Assembly: GCA_964016885.1 (NCBI GenBank)
Contig: OZ024744.1
Span: forward strand, 620,001-684,000
DNA length: 64,000 nt
Reading direction: 5' to 3'
From: Eledone cirrhosa
Taxonomy: Eukaryota
Position 1 is the first letter of the stretch. Every line of letters begins with the position of its first letter. Position numbers and translations under genes: made by a program. Below the pieces are notes generated by a model. That model worked only from the letters and a program-made list of their open reading frames with translations, was not told the origin of the DNA and did not search any database. Of the stretch, positions 51,981 through 62,800 are shown piece after piece.

Positions 51981-54900
51981 GGTGAAGAACGAAGTTTTGA
52001 GGGAAGACAAGGTAGAGAAAGATAGCTTGATGAAGAACGAAGTTTTGAGGGAAGACAAGGTAGAGAAAGATAGCTTGGTGAAGAACGAAGTTTTGAGGGA
52101 AGACAAGGTAGAGAAAGATAGCTTGATGAAGAACGAAGTTGTTTTGAGGGAAGACAAGGTAGAGAAAGATAGCTTGATGAAGTACGAAGTTTTGGGGGAA
52201 GACAAGGTAGAGAAAGATAGCTTGGTGAAGAACGAAGTTTTGAGGGAAGACAAGGTAGAGAAAGATAGCTTGATGAAGAACGAAGTTTTGAGGGAAGACA
52301 AGGTAGAGAAAGATAGCTTGGTGAAGAACGAAGTTTTGAGGGAAGACAAAGTATAGAAAGATAGCTTGGTGAAGAACGAAGTTTTGGGGGAAGACAATGT
52401 AGAGAAAGATAGCTTGATGAAGAACGAAGTTTTGGGGGAAGACAAGGTAGAGAAAGATAGCTTGGTGAAGAACGAAGTTTTGAGGGAAGACAAGGTAGAG
52501 AAAGATAGCTTGGTGAAGAACGAAGTTTTGAGGGGAGACAAAGTATAGAAAGATAGCTTGGTGAAGAACGAAGTTTTGGGGGAAGACAATGTAGAGAAAT
52601 ATAGCTTGGTGAAGAACGAAGTTTTGGGGAAGACAAGGTAGAGAAAGATAGCTTGGTGAAGAACCAAGTTTTGAGGGAAGACAAGGTAGAGAAAGATAGC
52701 TTGGTGAAGAACGAAGTTTTGGGGGAAGACAAGGTAGAGAAAGATAGCTTGGTGAAGAACGAAGTTTTGAGGGAAGACAAGGTAGAGAAAGATAGCTTGG
52801 TGAAGAACGAAGTTTTGGGGAAAGACAAGGTAGAGAAAGATAGGTTGGTGAAGAACGACGTTTTGAGGGAAGACAAGGTATAGAAAGATAGCTTGGTGAA
52901 GAACGACGTTTTCGGGGAAGAAAAGGTAGAGAAAGATAGCTTGGTGAAGAACAAAGTTTTGGGGGAAGACAAGGTAGAGAAAGATAGCTTGGTGAAGAAC
53001 GAAGTTTTGAAGGAAGACAAGGTAGAGAAAGATAGCTTGGTGAAGAACGACGTTTTGAGGGAAGACAAGGTAGAGAAAGATAGCTTGGTGAAGAACAAAG
53101 TTTTGGGGGAAGACAAGGTAGAGAAAGATAGCTTGGTGAAGAACGAAGTATTGAGGGAAGACTCGGTAGAGAAAGATAGCTTGGTGAAGAACGAAGTTTT
53201 GAGGGAAGACAAGGTAGAGAAAGATAGCTTGGTGAAGAACGAGGTTTTGAGGGAAGACAATGTAGAGAAAGATAGCTTGGTGAAGAACGAAGTTTTGGGG
53301 GAAGACAAGGTAGAGAAAGATAGCTTGGTGAAGAACAAAGTTTTGGGGGATGACAAAGTAGAGAAAGATAGCTTGGTGAAGAACGAAGTTTTGGGGGAAG
53401 ACAAGGTAGAGAAAGATAGCTTGATGAAGAACGAAGTTTTAGGGGAAGACAAGGAAGAGAAAGATAGCTTGGTGAAGAACGAAGTTTTGAGGGAAGACAA
53501 GGTAGAGAAAGATAGCTTGGTGAAGAACGAACTTTTGGGGGAAGACAAGGTAGAGAAAGATAGCTTGGTGAAGAACGAAGTTTTGAGGGAAGACAAGGTA
53601 GAGAAAGATAGCTTGGTGAAGAACGAAGTTTTGAGGAAGACAAGGTAGAGAAAGATAGCTTGGTGAAGAACGAAGTTATGAGGGAAGACAAGGTAGAGAA
53701 AGATAGTTGGTGAAGAACGAAGTTTTGAGGGAAGACAAGGTAGAGAAAGATAGCTTGGTGAAGAACGACGTTTTGAGGGAAGACAAGGTAGAGAAAGATA
53801 GCTTGGTGAAGAACGAAGTTTTGGGGGAAGACAAGGTAGAGAAAGATAGCTTGATGAAGTACGAAGTTTTGGGGGAAGACAAGGTAGAGAAAGATAGCTT
53901 GGTGAAGAACGACGTTTTGTGGGAAGACAAGGTAGAGAAACATAGTTGGTGAAGAACGAAGTTTTGAGGGAAGACAAGGTAGAGAAAGATAGCTTGATGA
54001 AGAACGAAGTTTTTAGGGAAGACAAGGTAGAGAAAGATAGCTTGGTGAAGAACGAAGTTTTGAGGGAAGACAAGGTAGAGAAAGATAGCTTCATGAAGAA
54101 CGAAGTTTTGAGGGAAGACAAGGTAGAGAAAGATAGCTTGGTGAAGAACGAAGTTTTGAGGGTAGACAAAGTATAGAAAGATAGCTTGGTGAAGAACGAA
54201 GTTTTGGGGGAAGACAATGTAGAGAAAGATAGCTTGATGAAGAACGAAGTTTTGGGGGAAGACAAGGAAGAGAAAGATAGCTTGGTGAAGAACGAAGTTT
54301 TGCGGGAAGACAAGGTAGAGAAATATAGCTCGGTGAAGAACGAAGTTTTGAGGGAAGACAAGGTAGAGAAAGATAGCTTGGTGAAGAACGAAGTTTTGGG
54401 GGAAGACAAGGTAGAGAAAGATAGCTTGGTGAAGAACGAAGTTTTGGGGAAGACAAGGTAGAGAAAGATAGCTTGGTGAAGAACGAAGTTATGAGGGAAG
54501 ACAGGGTAGAGAAAGATAGTTGGTGAAGAACGAAGTTTTGAGGGAAGACAAGGTAGAGAAAGATAGCTTGGTGAAGAACGAAGTTTTGGGCGAAGACAAT
54601 CTAGAGAAAGATAGGTTGGTGAAGAACGAAGTTTTGAGGGAAGACAAGGTAGAGAAAGATAGCTTGGTGAAGAACGAAGTTTTGGGGGAAGACAAGGTAG
54701 AGAAAGATAGCTTGGTGAAGAACGAAGTTTTGAGGGAAGACAAGGTAGAGAAAGATAGTTGGTGAAGAACGAAGTTTTGAGGGAAGACAAGGTAGAGAAA
54801 GATAGCTTGGTGAAGAACGACGTTTTGAGGGAAGACAAGGTAGAGAAAGATAGCTTGGTGAAGAACGAAGTTTTGGGGGAAGACAAGGTAGAGAAAGATA

Positions 54901-57480
54901 GCTTGATGAAGTACGAAGTTTGGGGGAAGACAAGGTAGAGAAAGATAGCTTGGTGAAGAACGACGTTTTGTGGGAAGACAAGGTAGAGAAACATAGTTGG
55001 TGAAGAACGAAGTTTTGAGGGAAGACAAGGTAGAGAAAGATAGCTTGATGAAGTACGAAGTTTTGGGGGAAGACAAGGTAGAGAAAGATAGCTTGGTGAA
55101 GAACGAAGTTTTGAGGGAAGACAAGGTAGAGAAAGATAGCTTGATGAAGAACGAAGTTTTGAGGGAAGACAAGGTAGAGAAAGATAGCTTGGTGAAGAAC
55201 AAAGTTTTGAGGGGAGACAAAGTATAGAAAGATAGCTTGGTGAAGAACGAAGTTTTGGGGGAAGACAATGTAGAGAAAGATAGCTTGATGAAGAACGAAG
55301 TTTTGGGGAAGACAAGGTAGAGAAAGATAGCTTGGTGAAGAACGAAGTTTTGAGGGAAGACAAGGTAGAGAAAGATAGCTTGGTGAAGAACGAAGTTTTG
55401 GGGGAAGACAAGGTAGAGAAAGATAGCTTGGTGAAGAACGAAGTTTTGAGGGAAGACAAGGTAGAGAAAGATAGCTTGGTGAAGAACGAAGTTTTGGGGG
55501 AAGACAAGGTAGAGAAAGATAGCTTGGTGAAGAACGAAGTTTTGAGGGAAGACAAGGTAGAGAAAGATAGTTGGTAAAGAACGAAGTTTTGAAGGAAGAC
55601 AAGGCAGAGAAAGATAGCTTGGTGAAGAACGACGTTTTGAGGGAAGACAAGGTATAGAAAGATAGCTTGGTGAAGAACGACGTTTTCGGGGAAGAAAAGG
55701 TAGAGAAAGATAGCTTGGTGAAGAACAAAGTTTTGGGGGAAGACAAGGTAGAGAAAGATAGCTTGGTGAAGAACGAAGTATTGAGGGAAGACTCGGTAGA
55801 GAAAGATAGCTTGGTGAAGAACGAAGTTTTGAGGGAAGACAAGGTAGAGAAAGATAGCTTGGTGAAGAACGAGGTTTTGAGGGAAGACAATGTAGAGAAA
55901 GATAGCTTGGTGAAGAACGAAGTTTTGGGGGAAGACAAGGTAGAGAAAGATAGCTTGGTGAAGAACAAAGTTTTGGGGGATGACAAAGTAGAGAAAGATA
56001 GCTTGGTGAAGAACGAAGTTTTGGGGGAAGACAAGGTAGAGAAAGATAGCTTGATGAAGAACGAAGTTTTAGGGGAAGACAAGGAAGAGAAAGATAGCTT
56101 GGTGAAGAACGAAGTTTTGAGGGAAGACAAGGTAGAGAAAGATAGCTTGGTGAAGAACGAACTTTTGGGGGAAGACAAGGTAGAGAAAGATAGCTTGGTG
56201 AAGAACGAAGTTTTGAGGGAAGACAAGGTAGAGAAAGATAGCTTGGTGAAGAACGAAGTTTTGAGGAAGACAAGGTAGAGAAAGATAGCTTGGTGAAGAA
56301 CGAAGTTATGAGGGAAGACAAGGTAGAGAAAGATAGTTGGTGAAGAACGAAGTTTTGAGGGAAGACAAGGTAGAGAAAGATAGCTTGGTGAAGAACGACG
56401 TTTTGAGGGAAGACAAGGTAGAGAAAGATAGCTTGGTGAAGAACGAAGTTTTGGGGGAAGACAAGGTAGAGAAACATAGTTGGTGAAGAACGAAGTTTTG
56501 AGGGAAGACAAGGTAGAGAAAGATAGCTTGATGAAGAACGAAGTTTTGAGGGAAGACAAGGTAGAGAAAGATAGCTTGGTGAAGAACGAAGTTTTGAGGG
56601 AAGACAAGGTAGAGAAAGATAGCTTGATGAAGAACGAAGTTGTTTTGAGGGAAGACAAGGTAGAGAAAGATAGCTTGATGAAGTACGAAGTTTTGGGGGA
56701 AGACAAGGTAGAGAAAGATAGCTTGGTGAAGAACGAAGTTTTGAGGGAAGACAAGGTAGAGAAAGATAGCTTGATGAAGAACGAAGTTTTGAGGGAAGAC
56801 AAGGTAGAGAAAGATAGCTTGGTGAAGAACGAAGTTTTGAGGGAAGACAAAGTATAGAAAGATAGCTTGGTGAAGAACGAAGTTTTGGGGGAAGACAATG
56901 TAGAGAAAGATAGCTTGATGAAGAACGAAGTTTTGGGGGAAGACAAGGTAGAGAAAGATAGCTTGGTGAAGAACGAAGTTTTGAGGGAAGACAAGGTAGA
57001 GAAAGATAGCTTGGTGAAGAACGAAGTTTTGAGGGGAGACAAAGTATAGAAAGATAGCTTGGTGAAGAACGAAGTTTTGGGGGAAGACAATGTAGAGAAA
57101 TATAGCTTGGTGAAGAACGAAGTTTTGGGGAAGACAAGGTAGAGAAAGATAGCTTGGTGAAGAACCAAGTTTTGAGGGAAGACAAGGTAGAGAAAGATAG
57201 CTTGGTGAAGAACGAAGTTTTGGGGGAAGACAAGGTAGAGAAAGATAGCTTGGTGAAGAACGAAGTTTTGGGGGAAGACAAGGTAGAGAAAGATAGCTTG
57301 GTGAAGAACGAAGTTTTGGGGAAAGACAAGGTAGAGAAAGATAGCTTGGTGAAGAACGACGTTTTGAGGGAAGACAAGGTATAGAAAGATAGCTTGGTGA
57401 AGAACGACGTTTTCGGGGAAGAAAAGGTAGAGAAAGATAGCTTGGTGAAGAACAAAGTTTTGGGGGAAGACAAGGTAGAG
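48391..57480. repeat. Tandem duplication of about 4.5-4.6 kb
   Basis: Offset 4598/4597 at 49109/53707, 49588/54186 and 51070/55667, then 4501 at 51979/56480 and 52653/57154. Both copies carry the GTT insertion and the AACCAAG variant. Confidence 0.9.
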
Positions 57481-57799
57481 AAAGATAGCTTGGTGAAGAA
57501 CGAAGTATTGAGGGAAGACTCGGTAGAGAAAGATAGCTTGGTGAAGAACGAAGTTTTGAGGGAAGACAAGGTAGAGAAAGATAGCTTGGTGAAGAACGAG
57601 GTTTTGAGGGAAGACAATGTAGAGAAAGATAGCTTGGTGAAGAACGAAGTTTTGGGGGAAGACAAGGTAGAGAAAGATAGCTTGGTGAAGAACGAAGTTT
57701 TGGGGGATGACAAAGTAGAGAAAGATAGCTTGGTGAAGAACGAAGTTTTGGGGGAAGACAAGGTAGAGAAAGATAGCTTGGTGAAGAACGAAGTTTTGA

Positions 57800-60700
57800 G
57801 GAAGACAAGGTAGAGAAAGATAGCTTGGTGAAGAACGAAGTTTTGGGGGAAGACAAGGTAGAGAAAGATAGCTTGGTGAAGAACGAAGTTTTGAGGGAAG
57901 ACAAGGTAGAGAAAGATAGCTTGGTGAAGAACGACGTTTTGAGGGAAGACAAGGTAGAGAAAGATAGCTTGGTGAAGAACGAAGTTTTGGGGGAAGACAA
58001 GGTAGAGAAAGATAGCTTGATGAAGAACGAAGTTTTGAGGGAAGACAAGGTAGAGAAAGATAGCTTGATGAAGAACGAAGTTTTGAGGGAAGACAAGGTA
58101 GAGAAAGATAGCTTGGTGAAGAACGAAGTTTTGAGGGAAGACAAAGTATAGAAAGATAGCTTGGTGAAGAACGAAGTTTTGGGGGAAGACAATGTAGAGA
58201 AAGATAGCTTGATGAAGAACGAAGTTCTGGGGGAAGACAAGGTAGAGAAAGATAGCTTGGTGAAGAACGAAGTTTTGAGGGAAGACAAGGTAGAGAAAGA
58301 TAGCTTGGTGAAGAACGAAGTTTTCGGGGAAGACAAGGTAGAGAAAGATAGCTTGGTGAAGAACGAAGTTTTGAGGGAAGACAAGGTAGAGAAAGATAGC
58401 TTGGTGAAGAACGAAGTTTTGAGGGAAGACAAGGTAGAGAAAGATAGCTTGGTGAAGAACGAAGTTTTCGGGGAAGACAAGGTAGAGAAAGATAGCTTGG
58501 TGAAGAACGAAGTTTTGAGGGAAGACAAGGTAGAGAAAGATAGCTTGGTGAAGAACGAAGTTTTGGGGGAAGACAAGGTAGAGAAAGATAGCTTGGTGAA
58601 GAACGAAGTTTTGAGGGAAGACAAGGTAGAGAAAGATAGTTGGTAAAGAACGAAGTTTTGAGGGAAGACAAGGTAGAGAAAGATAGCTTGGTGAAGAACG
58701 AAGTTTTGAGGGAAGACAAGGTAGAGAAAGATAGTTGGTAAAGAACGAAGTTTTGAGGGAAGACAAGGTAGAGAAAGATAGCTTGGTGAAGAACGACGTT
58801 TTGAGGGAAGACAAGGTATAGAAAGATAGCTTGGTGAAGAACGAAGTTTTGAGGGAAGACAAGGTAGAGAAAGATAGCTTGGTGAAGAACGAAGTTTTGA
58901 GGGAAGACAAGGTAGAGAAAGATAGCTTGGTGAAGAACGAAGTTTTGAGGGAAGACAAGGTAGAGAAAGATAGTTGGTAAAGAACGAAGTTTTGAGGGAA
59001 GACAAGGTAGAGAAAGATAGCTTGGTGAAGAACGACGTTTTGAGGGAAGACAAGGTATAGAAAGATAGCTTGGTGAAGAACGACGTTTTCGGGGAAGAAA
59101 AGGTAGAGAAAGATAGCTTGGTGAAGAACAAAGTTTTGGGGGAAGACAAGGTAGAGAAAGATAGCTTGGTGAAGAACGAAGTATTGAGGGAAGACTCGGT
59201 AGAGAAAGATAGCTTGGTGAAGAACGAAGTTTTGAGGGAAGACAAGGTAGAGAAAGATAGCTTGGTGAAGAACGAGGTTTTGAGGGAAGACAATGTAGAG
59301 AAAGATAGCTTGGTGAAGAACGAAGTTTTGGGGGAAGGCAAGGTAGAGAAAGATAGCTTGGTGAAGAACGAAGTTTTGGGGGATGACAAAGTAGAGAAAG
59401 ATAGCTTGGTGAAGAACGAAGTTTTGGGGGAAGACAAGGTAGAGAAAGATAGCTTGATGAAGAACGAAGTTTTGGGGGAAGACAAGGAAGAGAAAGATAG
59501 CTTGGTGAAGAACGAAGTTTTGCGGGAAGACAAGGTAGAGAAAGATAGCTTGGTGAAGAACGAAGTTTTGCGGGAAGACAAGGTAGAGAAATATAGCTCG
59601 GTGAAGAACGAAGTTTTGAGGGAAGACAAGGTAGAGAAAGATAGATTGGTGAAGAACGAAGTTTTGGGGGAAGACAAGGTAGAGAAAGATAGCTTGGTGA
59701 AGAACGAAGTTTTGTGGAAGACAAGGTAGAGAAAGATAGCTTGGTGAAGAACGAAGTTTTGGGGGAAGACAAGGTAGAGAAAGATAGCTTGGTGAAGAAC
59801 GAAGTTTTGAGGGAAGACAAGGTAGAGAAAGATAGCTTGGTGAAGAACGACGTTTTGAGGGAGGACAAGGTAGAGAAAGATAGCTTGGTGAAGAACGAAG
59901 TTTTGGGGGAAGACAAGGTAGAGAAAGATAGCTTGGTGAAGAACGAAGTTTTGAGGGAAGACAAGGTAGAGAAAGATAGCTTGGTGAAGAACGACGTTTT
60001 GTGGGAAGACAAGGTAGAGAAACATAGTTGGTGAAGAACGAAGTTTTGAGGGAAGACAAGGTAGAGAAAGATAGCTTGATGAAGAACGAGGTTTTGAGGG
60101 AAGACAAGGTAGAGAAAGATAGCTTGGTGAAGAACGAAGTTTTGAGGTAAGACAAGGTAGAGAAAGATAGCTTGATGAAGAACGAAGTTTTGAGGGAAGA
60201 CAAGGTAGAGAAAGATAGCTTGATGAAGTACGAAGTTTTGGGGGAAGACAAGGTAGAGAAAGATAGCTTGGTGAAGAACGAAGTTTTGAGGGAAGACAAG
60301 GTAGAGAAAGATAGCTTGATGAAGAACGAAGTTTTGAGGGAAGACAAGGTAGAGAAAGATAGCTTGGTGAAGAACGAAGTTTTGAGGGAAGACAAAGTAT
60401 AGAAAGATAGCTTGGTGAAGAACGAAGTTTTGGGGGAAGACAATGTAGAGAAAGATAGCTTGATGAAGAACGAAGTTCTGGGGGAAGACAAGGTAGAGAA
60501 AGATAGCTTGGTGAAGAACGAAGTTTTGAGGGAAGACAAGGTAGAGAAAGATAGCTTGGTGAAGAACGAAGTTTTGGGGGAAGACAAGGTAGAGAAAGAT
60601 AGCTTGGTGAAGAACGAAGTTTTGAGGGAAGACAAGGTAGAGAAAGATAGCTTGGTGAAGAACGAAGTTTTGGGGGAAGACAAGGTAGAGAAAGATAGCT

Positions 60701-62800
60701 TGGTGAAGAACGAAGTTTTGAGGGAAGACAAGGTAGAGAAAGATAGTTGGTGAAGAACGAAATTTTGAGGGAAGACAAGGTAGAGAAAAATAGCTTGGTG
60801 AAGAACGACGTTTTGAGGGAAGACAAGGTAGAGAAAGATAGCTTGGTGAAGAACGAAGTTTTGGGGGAAGACAAGGTAGAGAAAGATAGCTTGATGAAGT
60901 ACGAAGTTTTGGGGGAAGACAAGGTAGAGAAAGATAGCTTGGTGAAGAACGACGTTTTGAGGGAAGACAAGGTAGAGAAAGATAGCTTGGTGAAGAACGA
61001 AGTTTTGGGGGAAGACAAGGTAGAGAAAGATAGCTTGATGAAGTACGAAGTTTTGGGGGAAGACAAGGTAGAGAAAGATAGCTTGGTGAAGAACGACGTT
61101 TTGTGGGAAGACAAGGTAGAGAAACATAGTTGGTGAAGGACGAAGTTTTGAGGGAAGACAAGGTAGAGAAAGATAGCTTGATGAAGAACGAAGTTTTGAG
61201 GGAAGACAAGGTAGAGAAAGATAGCTTGGTGAAGAACGAAGTTTTGAGGGAAGACAAGGTAGAGAAAGATAGCTTCATGAAGAACGAAGTTTTGAGGGAA
61301 GACAAGGTAGAGAAAGATAGCTTGGTGAAGAACGAAGTTTTGAGGGTAGACAAAGTATAGAAAGATAGCTTGGTGAAGAACGAAGTTTTGGGGGAAGACA
61401 ATGTAGAGAAAGATAGCTTGATGAAGAACGAGGTTTTGGGGGAAGACAAGGAAGAGAAAGATAGCTTGGTGAAGAACGAAGTTTTGCGGGAAGACAAGGT
61501 AGAGAAATATAGCTCGGTGAAGAACGAAGTTTTGAGGGAAGACAAGGTAGAGAAAGATAGCTTGGTGAAGAACGAAGTTTTGGGGGAAGACAAGGTAGAG
61601 AAAGATAGCTTGGTGAAGAACGAGGTTTTGGGGAAGACAAGGTAGAGAAAGATAGCTTGGTGAAGAACGAAGTTATGAGGGAAGACAGGGTAGAGAAAGA
61701 TAGTTGGTGAAGAACGAAGTTTTGAGGGAAGACAAGGTAGAGAAAGATAGCTTGGTGAAGAACGACGTTTTGAGGGAAGACAAGGTAGAGAAAGATAGCT
61801 TGGTGAAGAACGAAGTTTTGGGGGAAGACAATCTAGAGAAAGATAGGTTGGTGAAGAACGAAGTTTTGAGGGAAGACAAGGTAGAGAAAGATAGCTTGGT
61901 GAAGAACGAAGTTTTGGGGGAAGACAAGGTAGAGAAAGATAGCTTGGTGAAGAACGAAGTTTTGAGGGAAGACAAGGTAGAGAAAGATAGTTGGTGAAGA
62001 ACGAAGTTTTGAGGGAAGACAAGGTAGAGAAAGATAGCTTGGTGAAGAACGACGTTTTGAGGGAAGACAAGGTAGAGAAAGATAGCTTGGTGAAGAACGA
62101 AGTTTTGGGGGAAGACAAGGTAGAGAAAGATAGCTTGATGAAGTACGAAGTTTTGGGGGAAGACAAGGTAGAGAAAGATAGCTTGGTGAAGAACGACGTT
62201 TTGTGGGAAGACAAGGTAGAGAAACATAGTTGGTGAAGAACGAAGTTTTGAGGGAAGACAAGGTAGAGAAAGATAGCTTGATGAAGTACGAAGTTTTGGG
62301 GGAAGACAAGGTAGAGAAAGATAGCTTGGTGAAGAACGAAGTTTTGAGGGAAGACAAGGTAGAGAAAGATAGCTTGATGAAGAACGAAGTTTTGAGGGAA
62401 GACAAGGTAGAGAAAGATAGCTTGGTGAAGAACAAAGTTTTGAGGGGAGACAAAGTATAGAAAGATAGCTTGGTGAAGAACGAAGTTTTGGGGGAAGACA
62501 ATGTAGAGAAAGATAGCTTGATGAAGAACGAAGTTTTGGGGAAGACAAGGTAGAGAAAGATAGCTTGGTGAAGAACGAAGTTTTGGGGGAAGACAAGGTA
62601 GAGAAAGATAGCTTGGTGAAGAACGAAGTTTTGAGGGAAGACAAGGTAGAGAAAGATAGCCTGGTGAAGAACGAAGTTTTGGGGGAAGACAAGGTAGAGA
62701 AGGATAGCTTGGTGAAGAACGAAGTTTTGAGGGAAGACAAGGTAGAGAAAGATAGTTGGTAAAGAACGAAGTTTTGAAGGAAGACAAGGTAGAGAAAGAT
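57800..62800. repeat. Distant copy of the 43.8-48.4 kb block (offset about 13.6-14.4 kb)
   Basis: Matching blocks are 44513/58161, 45088/59070, 46621/60747, 47005/61370 and 47578/61991. Shared rare variants are GAAGGCAAG, GAGGTAAGAC, GAAAAATAGC and GTTTTCGGGGAAGAC. Confidence 0.78.
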
